A DNA stretch of 39,743 nt. Source: Armatimonadota bacterium. Lineage in GTDB: Bacteria; Armatimonadota; Fimbriimonadia; Fimbriimonadales; GBS-DC. Location: the NCBI GenBank assembly GCA_037444405.1, contig JBBIML010000024.1, positions 1 through 39,743 on the forward strand, written 5' to 3'. The position numbers were made by a program, and so were the translations under genes. Below are positions 1 through 8,163 of this stretch, one piece after another. Within the stretch, counting starts at the first letter, position 1; the number at the start of each line of letters is the position of its first letter. The notes beneath the pieces are model-generated. The model saw nothing but the letters and a program-made list of their open reading frames with translations, had not been told where the DNA came from and did not search any database.

Positions 1-155
1 CCCCCGCGCACAGAAACCAGCCCAGAAGGAACCGTCGCAAAGGCGGGCAGCACCATCGCCACCGCCAACAGCACCGCTATCGCCTTGCCAACTGTGCCCT
101 GCGCCCAGGTTCGGCGCACCTTCGCCACACTCCAACCCTGTTTCTTCATCGCCAT
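1..155 (-). CDS. 5' end of a secreted protein, truncated by the window edge
   Basis: GGAGGG SD then ATG at 155; reads MAMKKQGWSVAKVRRTWAQGTVGKAIAVLLAVAMVLPAFATVPSGLVSVRG and stays open to the edge; basic N-terminus, hydrophobic core and A-F-A cleavage motif. Not in the ORF track. Confidence 0.7.
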   Translation of the reverse strand, partial: MAMKKQGWSVAKVRRTWAQGTVGKAIAVLLAVAMVLPAFATVPSGLVSVRG

Positions 156-204
156 TTCCCTCCATCTGATGGCAGCTCGCCCAATTGCGCGCTTACCGCA
201 AATA

Positions 205-234
205 TTAATAGCCCATTCGGGGGGCATTTGTCAA
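205..234 (-). promoter_or_regulatory. sigma70-type promoter TTGACA-N18-TATTAA for the edge gene
   Basis: tgtcaa at 229-234 and ttaata at 205-210 on the + strand; about 50 bp upstream of ATG 155. Confidence 0.55.
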
Positions 235-613
235 GGGGGTGCTGTGGGGAGGGATTTGAGTTCAAAAGGGGGTTTTTGGTTCCAGAAGGCGCAAAAACAG
301 GTGGATGGCTCGCCTTTCGGCTGGCTGCCATCTGATACTGTCTCTTGTATCATAAAAGCCATTGACACCCCTCGCGCCCCATCGCACGCGGGTTGGTTGC
401 CCGCTCTCATTTGTTGTGCCACTCGCGCTCAAAATTCGTCAGGCAAGCGAGGGCGGTGTCCGCTGGATGCCCTGCCCTCTATGCTCACCTCCCTTGTTGG
501 GGGTTAAGTTTGGCAGGTAGGGGCAGATTCCTGCTGGTTTTCGCGTTCTGGTTTGGTAGAGAGCAAGCAGGTCATGTCGGACAGTCTCTTTGGGACTTCG
601 GCAACTGATTCTT

Positions 614-636
614 CACAGGCAGGATGCCTGTACCAC
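614..636 (-). repeat. REP-like palindrome (GTGG-TACAGGCATCCTGCCTGTG)
   Basis: Tetranucleotide foot followed by hairpin ACAGGCA-TCC-TGCCTGT, in an intergenic position. Confidence 0.55.
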
Positions 637-687
637 TTGCGGGTATGAAGCTCTGTCTCAGCGGTCCAGATGGGCTATAATACTGAC

Positions 688-1935
688 ATGCGACGCTGGG
701 GTGTAGTGTCCGGTTTGATGCTACTGCTCGTGGCGCTGTGGGCGCAGAAGGTGGACTATTCGGGCTATCAGGTGCTGCGCCTGCAGCTCGATAGCCTGAA
801 GCAGCTTGCCACACTGGACGAGCAGCTGATCGATGTGTGGACCTGCCATCCGCGCGGGCGTACGGTGGATGTGTGCGTGTCGCCGTCGCAGCGGGAGTGG
901 TTGCAAAAGGCGGGCTACCACTGGGAGGTGCTGATTGAGGATGTGGGCGCGCTCATTCGCCAGCAGCAGAGCGAGTTCCAGACGCAGGGCGGTGATATTT
1001 TCTCACGCTATCTGACCCTGCAGGAGGTCTATACCGCGATGCGGGCGCTGGCGGACCAGAATCCGCGCCTGGTGCAGATGCTGCTGGTGGGTCGCTCGGT
1101 GGAGGGTCGCCCGATCTACGCGCTGCGCCTGACGAAAGACCCGCGCCTTGCCCGCGTCTATCGCAACCGCCCGCAGGTGGTCATCAACGCCTGTCAGCAC
1201 GCCCGCGAATGGATTACGGTCGCCGTCGCGCTCTATCTGGCGTATGAACTGGCGGCACGCTACGGCACTGACACGCGCGTCACGAACCTGCTCCAGCGCA
1301 CCGAGGTCTACATCGTGCCCGTGGTCAACCCCGACGGCTACGACTACACATGGACAACCGACCGCCTGTGGCGCAAGAATCGGCGCTATCTGGGCATCGT
1401 TAATGGTCAGCCGACCTATGGGGTCGATTTGAATCGCAACTGGGGCTATCAGTGGGGCGGCGAGGGCGCCAGTCGGGACCCACGCTCGCAGACCTACCGC
1501 GGACCCGCGCCCTTCTCCGAGCCGGAGACCGACTCGCTCAGCCGCTGGATGGCGAGCCTGCCCCTGTTGCGAGCGACGCTCGACATCCATAATTATTCAC
1601 AACTGATTCTCTGGCCGTGGGGCTACACGAGCCAGCTTGCGCCACATGATCCGGTGTTCCGTCGGGTGGGTCTGCAGATGCAATCGCTGATTGCCAGCGT
1701 GCATGGCTTAATCTACACGGCAGGTCCCATCTACACGACCATCTATCCTGCGAGCGGGAACGCGGTCGACTGGGCGTATGGGGTTCAGGGTGCGCTGGCG
1801 TTCGCCTTTGAGCTGCGCGATACGGGTCAGTACGGCTTTCTCTTACCGCCAGACCAGATTCGCCCTAACGGTGAGGAGGTGTTCCCGGCGGTGCTGGCGC
1901 TCATTCAGTGGGCGTGGGAGCGTCGCTGGGATTGA
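688..1935 (+). CDS. M14 zinc carboxypeptidase (CPA/CPT-like), secreted, with propeptide
   Basis: Signal peptide; HAREW Zn motif; NPDGY; WRKNR; GVDLNRNW; PFSEPET; FELRD catalytic Glu. Confidence 0.93.
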   Translation: MRRWGVVSGLMLLLVALWAQKVDYSGYQVLRLQLDSLKQLATLDEQLIDVWTCHPRGRTVDVCVSPSQREWLQKAGYHWEVLIEDVGALIRQQQSEFQTQGGDIFSRYLTLQEVYTAMRALADQNPRLVQMLLVGRSVEGRPIYALRLTKDPRLARVYRNRPQVVINACQHAREWITVAVALYLAYELAARYGTDTRVTNLLQRTEVYIVPVVNPDGYDYTWTTDRLWRKNRRYLGIVNGQPTYGVDLNRNWGYQWGGEGASRDPRSQTYRGPAPFSEPETDSLSRWMASLPLLRATLDIHNYSQLILWPWGYTSQLAPHDPVFRRVGLQMQSLIASVHGLIYTAGPIYTTIYPASGNAVDWAYGVQGALAFAFELRDTGQYGFLLPPDQIRPNGEEVFPAVLALIQWAWERRWD

Positions 1936-2590
1936 GCAGGGCGCGCCCCATCACGAGATAGTCGGCGCCCCAGCGCAGCGCATCTTCAGGTGTGGTGACG
2001 CGCTTCTGGTCGCCACTGGCAGTCCCTGCAGGGCGCACGCCGGGCGTTACAATCAGAAAGGGCGGCGGGAAGCGGCGGCGCACCGCACGAACCTCCTGCG
2101 GAGAGGTGATGATGCCGTCCAGCCCGCAGGCGTGCGCCAGGCGTGTCAGGCGCAGCACCTGCGCGCGGGGCGAACGCGTGATGCCAATCTCTGTTAGCGC
2201 AGGCGCGTCCAGACTGGTCAGCACCGTCACGCCCATCAGCAACGGGCGCGGCTCACAACCTGCCACCGCCTCACAGGCAGCCTTCAGCATCGCGCTGCCC
2301 CCGCTGATGTGCAAAGTGAGCATCCACACACCCAGTTCAGCTGCCTGACGCACCGCGAGCGCGACGGCGTGCGGAATATCGTGCAGCTTCAGATCGAGAA
2401 AGAGCCGCTGCGCCCCCGCCCGACGCAACGGCTCCAGACCCTCCAGACCATAGCGCATCACCAGCGCGCCGCCCACCTTGAAGGCATGCACATGGTCGCG
2501 AAATCGCTTCACCCATTCGCACGCCTGCTCAAGGTTCGGCGTGTCCAGCGCAAGGATGACCCTTCGCAGAACCGCCTCGCTGAGCGCCAT
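1901..2590 (-). CDS. pyrF: orotidine-5'-phosphate decarboxylase
   Basis: ILALD; FKVG; FLDLKLHDIP; VTVLTS; VTPGVR; DQKRV; GADYLVMGR. Confidence 0.95.
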   Translation of the reverse strand: MALSEAVLRRVILALDTPNLEQACEWVKRFRDHVHAFKVGGALVMRYGLEGLEPLRRAGAQRLFLDLKLHDIPHAVALAVRQAAELGVWMLTLHISGGSAMLKAACEAVAGCEPRPLLMGVTVLTSLDAPALTEIGITRSPRAQVLRLTRLAHACGLDGIITSPQEVRAVRRRFPPPFLIVTPGVRPAGTASGDQKRVTTPEDALRWGADYLVMGRALLNPSDAPTPTE

Positions 2591-3135
2591 TACCCACCCG
2601 ATGCTGGGCGTAACTCCTTTGCTGCCATTTCTGCCAGCGAGATAGCTCGCTGCAGCGCGCTCTCCAGCTCCTTCTCCGCGCCCGGTCCGTAGCCAACCTT
2701 GATCAACTGCACATTGCCTTTCGCGTCGATCAGCACGAAGTGCGGGATGCCCCTGACACCATAAGCGTCAGCAACGGAGCCGTCGGTGTCCATCAGCACG
2801 GGGAAGGTGTATTTGTTGCGCTCCATAAACGCCCGCACGGTCTCCTTCTCCTCGCGGACATTCACCGCGAAGATGTGCGCCTTGTCTTTGTATTTCTCGA
2901 AGAACGCCTGCGTGTGAGGCAGTGCGCGGCGGCACGGACCACACCATGTCGCCCAGAAGTCCAGGAAGACGGGCTTGCCCTTCAGCTCGTTGAGCTTGAC
3001 AGTCTTGCCGTCCAGGCTCTCCAGCGTGAAGTTCGGTGCGGGTTCGCCCGGTTTCAGCCCCTCGTCCAGTCGGGCAATCGCGCCCACCATACAGAGAGCG
3101 CCTGCAACAACTGTTATAATCCCCTTGTATCGCAT
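2590..3135 (-). CDS. TlpA/ResA-family thiol-disulfide oxidoreductase
   Basis: APNFTL; DFWATWCGPC (CxxC); YGVRGIP cis-Pro loop; N-terminal signal/anchor. Confidence 0.92.
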   Translation of the reverse strand: MRYKGIITVVAGALCMVGAIARLDEGLKPGEPAPNFTLESLDGKTVKLNELKGKPVFLDFWATWCGPCRRALPHTQAFFEKYKDKAHIFAVNVREEKETVRAFMERNKYTFPVLMDTDGSVADAYGVRGIPHFVLIDAKGNVQLIKVGYGPGAEKELESALQRAISLAEMAAKELRPASGG

Positions 3136-3167
3136 GGTTTTCCTCCTTGTGGAATAGGATACCTGAC

Positions 3168-4037
3168 CTACTTGCTATGATGTCGGCGGAAGGCGCGGGG
3201 TGTCATGCCGAACCGCTCGCTGAACACGCGCGAGAAGTGGCTCAGGCTGAGATAGCCGACCTCCAGCGCGATTTCGGAGATGGAGAGGCGCGTGGTGAGC
3301 AGCAGCATCGCGGCGCGACGCATGCGCAGATCGGTGAGGCATTCCGACGGCGAGCGCCCCATCGCCACCCGGAACAGCCGCTGACACTGGCGCGAGCTGA
3401 CACCCATCTGGCGCGTCAGCTTCTGCAGCACATCGGGTTCGCTCAGGTGCGCCTCCAGATACGCCAGCGCGTCGCGCAGGCGCGTCTCATCGGGTGCGAC
3501 CACTACCTCCGGCTCGCGAAAGCACAGGAACGCCAGCAGCTCGCGCAATTTCGCCTCATAAAACAGGCGCAGGCTGCCCACCGGCGGCGGACGCAGCAGC
3601 GAATCGATCACGCCTGCCACCAGCGGATTGCCCGCCATCAGGTACAGCTCGGGGAAAGGCGCTGCGCCACGCACGAACGGCACCAGCTCATCCAGCACGC
3701 GCTCCGCCTCCGGCGCCAGCAGACCCCGCAGATAGCCCGGCTCCACGCGCACCACCAGATGATGGTGCAGGTAGCGCACTGGCGAGTTCAGTGTGCGCGG
3801 ACAGGTCAGCTGCTGGGGGTCGGGCGGGCGCAGGCTGATCACGAACTCGCACCAGCCCTCACACGGCTCGAACTCCTGCGCCTGGAGCGGAGCATCCGAA
3901 TAGAATCGCCGCTCAAAAATGAGGAACTGCTCCGTCTGACACAGCAGGCGCGAACCGACCGTTGTCTCCGCCGGCGAAGCGACAAACGCTCTCCGTGCAC
4001 GCAACGCACCCACTAACGCCGAACTGGACTGTCCCAT
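3168..4037 (-). CDS. AraC-family transcriptional regulator
   Basis: C-terminal LSISEIALEVGYLSLSHFSRVFSERFGMTPRAFR signature. Confidence 0.9.
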   Translation of the reverse strand: MGQSSSALVGALRARRAFVASPAETTVGSRLLCQTEQFLIFERRFYSDAPLQAQEFEPCEGWCEFVISLRPPDPQQLTCPRTLNSPVRYLHHHLVVRVEPGYLRGLLAPEAERVLDELVPFVRGAAPFPELYLMAGNPLVAGVIDSLLRPPPVGSLRLFYEAKLRELLAFLCFREPEVVVAPDETRLRDALAYLEAHLSEPDVLQKLTRQMGVSSRQCQRLFRVAMGRSPSECLTDLRMRRAAMLLLTTRLSISEIALEVGYLSLSHFSRVFSERFGMTPRAFRRHHSK

Positions 4038-4077
4038 CTAACTCAAGTATACCCTATCGGGGATGAAGAAGACTGGA

Positions 4078-5874
4078 TTAGCTGGCGGCGGAGGCGGGAT
4101 GGGTGGCGAAGAGATCGATCTCACGCACGCTTTTTTCCACCAGATCGGTCTCCAGCATGAGGCAGGGGTAGCCGAACTGTTCGGCGGGTTTGACAGGAAT
4201 CTCGCCACTGCCCGAGCGCGCCCAGCCGCGCAACGGTGTGAACAGCAGCACAGTGAGCCGATTGAGCGCGGCGGGCGCGAGCAGGGCGAGACGCAACTGA
4301 CCCGCTATGCCTGCCAACCGATGGCGGATGGCGGCTCGTGCCGCGTGCCAGCGCGCCAGCTCCGCCGCCGTCACCCATTCGTAGCCCTCCGTGCGAACCG
4401 CCGCAATCAGGCGCGCGAACGCATCCACCCGCGCCTCGCTCTCCACCACATTCGGGCGCACGGTGAAGTGGCACACGCCATTCACCGCTCGCGCCCTCCG
4501 CAAAATCGCCTGCATCCGCGCTGGGCTGACCCGATCCATCACCTGATAGCCCAGCAGCGGCACAACCTGCACGGCGTACAGCTCGCCGGGACGGCTGCAA
4601 TGGAGCGGTCGCCACGGGTGGGCGCTGCCGAAGGCAAACCCCGCCGCGCTCGCCGACGAGCCGCCCCGACTGAGATCGCTCAGAATCTGCGCCTGCTCCA
4701 TATACGCATAGAACTCGGTGCCGCCGCGCCAGTGCAGATCGGCGACCTGTAAAGCCGTGATCGCCCGCACGCCGCTGAACCGACGCAAACTGTCCACCTG
4801 ATTCTGCAAAGTGGTCGCCCGGCAGAAGGCGCCCGCTTCGGGCACATAGCGCAAGCCTATCTCGTGCCCCCGCTTGGCTAACTCGCGATAGAAGGCGGGA
4901 CCGTGTGTGGCTTCGCTGAGGCACCACACCGCGCGCAGCCCCACCAGCGTCAGCACGCGCTGGAGGGTCAACTCCTGCTGCGCCGTTGCCGGCTCACCGT
5001 CGATGCTCAGAATCGCCGCCCCTGGCAGATGCGACGGGTAGAACCAGAGCATCGGCACCACTGCGCCCCGCCCCTGACCTGCCCACAGCACCGCCCGAAT
5101 CAGGCTCTCCTGCCAGAGGTCCGCCACAGGCTTCAGGAAGCAACGCTCGCCCTCGCACGGCTCCCGATCAAGATACCAGTCGAGGCGGATGGCGTCGTCC
5201 ATGTGCAGCGTGGAGTAATGCGGTTCGCGTGGCACATCGGGCGGCGGTATCGCGGCTTCCACCACGCATCGCCCCTGCCGAATGCGCGCGATGCTCTCGC
5301 CCGGGTGAACCGCGAACAGGATAGTGTGCCCTTCCCCATAGCGGTGATAGAGCAACGCGGGATAGTCGGTTTCACGAGCGTGAGCATCGAGCCAGTGCGC
5401 CCACACGGTTGCGCCCTCTACCTCCACGCCAATTCCGCCAAAGGCGTGCAGCATGCCCCACTCTTCCAGCAGGAGCGGATTGCTCCCGGTGGCGACCGCA
5501 TAGCCCTCACCGAGTAGCACGGGCAGATCCCCGGCATGGCTTAATGGGCGCACACCAAACAGCTCAGGCAGGGCACAGACACCGCCCAGCGCAATCCACA
5601 CGCCGCCTCCCTGCACAAACGCGCGCAGCGCGGCTCCCTCCTCCTCGCTCAGCGCCCTATCGCCAATCGTGATCAGCACATCCAGCGAATCGACCTTCGA
5701 AGCCAGCTCGGAAGGCGTCAGCCACTCGACCAGCAAGCCGCAATAGGCGAATAGTTCGCAGGTGAACCGCTCGAAGGGGTTCGGCACGACGGGGATGGAA
5801 CCCGCGCCCATTTTGCCCTTCGCGCTCATCGGGCAGACCCCAATCCGCGCCCAGCGCCATTCCGCTGCACTCAT
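4078..5874 (-). CDS. hypothetical protein: GATase1-like N-terminus plus degenerate polysaccharide-deacetylase-like domain (start uncertain, 5811-5883)
   Basis: LRAFVQGGGVWIALGG and YGEGHTILFA (trimerisation/GATase-like); WFYP..AAILSIDGE..GHEIGLRY resembles a NodB/CE4 barrel. Confidence 0.6.
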   Translation of the reverse strand: MSAAEWRWARIGVCPMSAKGKMGAGSIPVVPNPFERFTCELFAYCGLLVEWLTPSELASKVDSLDVLITIGDRALSEEEGAALRAFVQGGGVWIALGGVCALPELFGVRPLSHAGDLPVLLGEGYAVATGSNPLLLEEWGMLHAFGGIGVEVEGATVWAHWLDAHARETDYPALLYHRYGEGHTILFAVHPGESIARIRQGRCVVEAAIPPPDVPREPHYSTLHMDDAIRLDWYLDREPCEGERCFLKPVADLWQESLIRAVLWAGQGRGAVVPMLWFYPSHLPGAAILSIDGEPATAQQELTLQRVLTLVGLRAVWCLSEATHGPAFYRELAKRGHEIGLRYVPEAGAFCRATTLQNQVDSLRRFSGVRAITALQVADLHWRGGTEFYAYMEQAQILSDLSRGGSSASAAGFAFGSAHPWRPLHCSRPGELYAVQVVPLLGYQVMDRVSPARMQAILRRARAVNGVCHFTVRPNVVESEARVDAFARLIAAVRTEGYEWVTAAELARWHAARAAIRHRLAGIAGQLRLALLAPAALNRLTVLLFTPLRGWARSGSGEIPVKPAEQFGYPCLMLETDLVEKSVREIDLFATHPASAAS

Positions 5875-6036
5875 CGATTTCACGACAGCACCGATTCGAT
5901 TATCGGCAGATGCGCGTGCTTTCTCACACGCTTTCGCACTCCCTATCGACTCGCCGCCGAGTCGAGGTATACTATCGATAGCCGTCGAGCCATAGCGAGC
6001 CTGCCCGACGGCACACTGATCAGGAGGAGGTCAACA

Positions 6037-6753
6037 ATGAGACACTGGTGGATTACGCTGGCAATAGCGACCGTTGTAAGCCTGCCCATCAGCTATGCAC
6101 AGGACACGCAGGGTGATAAGGGTCAGGAAGTCAAGCCTGAAGGGCAGACGCAGGTACAGCAACCGCGTCCGAATGTGCTGGAGCCGGGCTATCTCGCCCA
6201 GGCACTCAAGCTGACGGAGGAACAGCGCGCCCGAATCGACGGGCTGTGGCGGCAATATCGCGACCGCGATGAAGCCATCAAGCGCGACACTTCGCTCACG
6301 CAGGAGCAGCGCATCCTGTGGTTCCGCCAGAGCCGCGAGGAGTATATCCGCCTCGTGCGCTCCGTGCTGAACGAGGAACAGCTCAAAAAGTTCGAAGAGC
6401 TGCTGCAAAAGGATACGGGTCCAACCACGCCTGCCAGCATGCCCCGCTTCACGCCCGAACAGAGCAACAAAATCCGCGAAATCACCCAGCGCTATAACGC
6501 CCTCCGCAGCAAAGTTCAGCAGGACACCTCGCTCGACGCCCAGACCCGCCAGCGCCGCCTGCAGGAGCTGAACCAGCAGATGCTGGACGAGATCCGCTCC
6601 ATCCTCACGCCCGAACAGCGCGCCCAGTGGGATAAAGCCCTGAAGAAAGATAAGGCGAAGGACGAGAAGAAAGAGGGCGACAAGAAGGACGAGAAGAAAG
6701 ACAATCCCCAGAACCCACCGAACACAGGAGGAGGCTCGAACGGCGGATCGTGA
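6037..6753 (+). CDS. secreted Spy/CpxP-like (LTxxQ) protein with an internal duplication
   Basis: AGGAGG SD; signal peptide ending SYA; repeated LTEEQ/LTQEQ/LNEEQ/FTPEQ/LTPEQ; K/D/E-rich tail; upstream TATACT at 5968-5973. Confidence 0.7.
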   Translation: MRHWWITLAIATVVSLPISYAQDTQGDKGQEVKPEGQTQVQQPRPNVLEPGYLAQALKLTEEQRARIDGLWRQYRDRDEAIKRDTSLTQEQRILWFRQSREEYIRLVRSVLNEEQLKKFEELLQKDTGPTTPASMPRFTPEQSNKIREITQRYNALRSKVQQDTSLDAQTRQRRLQELNQQMLDEIRSILTPEQRAQWDKALKKDKAKDEKKEGDKKDEKKDNPQNPPNTGGGSNGGS

Positions 6754-8135
6754 ACGCGCGCACCGCTCATGTGCCACCGCACAGCATCGAAGCCGAGATG
6801 AGCACGCTCGGCTCGATGATGCTTGATACGCACGCCATCGAGAAGGTCGCCGAGATTCTCAAGCCCGAAGACTTTTATCGGGAGGCGCACCGCATCCTGT
6901 ATGAGGTCATCCTCTCGCTGGCGGAGCGCCACATCCCCGTGGACTTGCTCACGGTTCAGGAGGAGCTGAGGCGGCGCAATCAGCTGGAGGAGGTCGGTGG
7001 GCTACCCGCGCTGATTCAGATTGTCGAGAGCGTGCCGACCGCGTCCAATGCCGAATATTACGCTCGCATCGTGGAGGAGAAAGCGATCCTGCGGCGGCTC
7101 ATCCGCGCCGCACACGACATCCTCCAGTTAGCCGACGACCCCGACCTTGAACTACAGGAGATTATCGACCGCGCCGAGCAGGCGGTCTTCAGCGTTGCCC
7201 AGCGCCGTATCGGGCGCTACTTCACCGCGATTGACCGCCTGCTCCTGCAGGCGATGGAGCATATCGAGCAGGTGCAGCTGTCGGGGCGCGGCATTCTGGG
7301 CGTGCCGACCCACTTCCCCCTGCTCGACTACTGGACATCGGGGCTTCAGCCGTCGGAGCTGATTATTCTGGCGGCGCGTCCCGGCGTGGGCAAAACCGCG
7401 CTCGCGCTCAACATCGCCGAGAATATTGCCCTGCGCGAGAACCGACCCGTGGCAATCTTCAGCCTGGAGATGTCGCGCGAGCAGCTGGTACAGCGCATGC
7501 TCTGCTCCCAATCGGGCGTGAGCGGCAACCTCATCCGACATGGCAGGCTCTCCAGCGAGGATTGGGAACGCCTGCAGATTGCCGCCGAACGCCTCTTCCG
7601 CGCACCCATCTACATCGACGACACCAGCGGGCTTTCTGTGCTGGAGATGCGCGCCAAGTGCCGCCGCCTCAAAGCCGAGCGCAACGACCTCGCGCTGATC
7701 ATCATCGATTATCTGCAACTGATGCGCTCGCACGGTCGCCGTGTCGAGAATCGTAATCAGGAGATAGCCGAAATTGCCCGCGCGCTCAAAGCGCTTGCCC
7801 GCGAGTTTGAGGTGCCCGTGCTGGTGCTGTCGCAACTCTCCCGCGCGGTCGAACGGCGCGAGGAGAAGCGCCCGATTCTTTCGGACCTGCGCGACAGCGG
7901 CTCCATCGAAGCCGAAGCCGATGTGGTGCTGTTCATTTATCGTCCCAACCGCCAGCAAACCGAATCGGGCGACCCGTACGAAAGCGAGCCGCGCACGCCA
8001 GGGGTCATCCCGACCGAAGAGGTGGAGATTATCATCGCCAAACAGCGCAACGGACCCACCACCCGCTTTCATCTCGGTTTCCAGCCGAGCCTGTCGCGCT
8101 TCGTGACTCTGGAGCGCACAGTTGTGCCGGGTTAG
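6750..8135 (+). CDS. dnaB: replicative DNA helicase
   Basis: PPHSIEAE; AARPGVGKT Walker A; FSLEMS; IIIDYLQL; LSQLSR; SDLRDSGSIEAEAD; IIAKQRNGP. No intein. Confidence 0.97.
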   Translation: MNARTAHVPPHSIEAEMSTLGSMMLDTHAIEKVAEILKPEDFYREAHRILYEVILSLAERHIPVDLLTVQEELRRRNQLEEVGGLPALIQIVESVPTASNAEYYARIVEEKAILRRLIRAAHDILQLADDPDLELQEIIDRAEQAVFSVAQRRIGRYFTAIDRLLLQAMEHIEQVQLSGRGILGVPTHFPLLDYWTSGLQPSELIILAARPGVGKTALALNIAENIALRENRPVAIFSLEMSREQLVQRMLCSQSGVSGNLIRHGRLSSEDWERLQIAAERLFRAPIYIDDTSGLSVLEMRAKCRRLKAERNDLALIIIDYLQLMRSHGRRVENRNQEIAEIARALKALAREFEVPVLVLSQLSRAVERREEKRPILSDLRDSGSIEAEADVVLFIYRPNRQQTESGDPYESEPRTPGVIPTEEVEIIIAKQRNGPTTRFHLGFQPSLSRFVTLERTVVPG

Positions 8136-8163
8136 GTAAGGGCGGCGCATGCGTCGCCCCTAC
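8136..8163 (-). repeat. REP-like palindrome between convergent dnaB and cstA
   Basis: Minus strand reads GTAGGGGCGACGCATGCGCCGCCCTTAC: GTAG foot plus imperfect palindrome. Confidence 0.65.

Noticed and set aside
362..367. + strand TTGACA as a promoter
   Set aside because: No -10 hexamer at a 16-19 nt spacing.
85..608. Short ORFs in the first intergenic region
   Set aside because: No SD-start pairing, atypical composition and no protein motifs.
1901..1935. pyrF as a pseudogene because of its short C-terminus and convergent overlap
   Set aside because: All catalytic motifs through the final GR are intact.
6750..8135. Intein in dnaB
   Set aside because: Normal length (461 aa) with continuous motifs.
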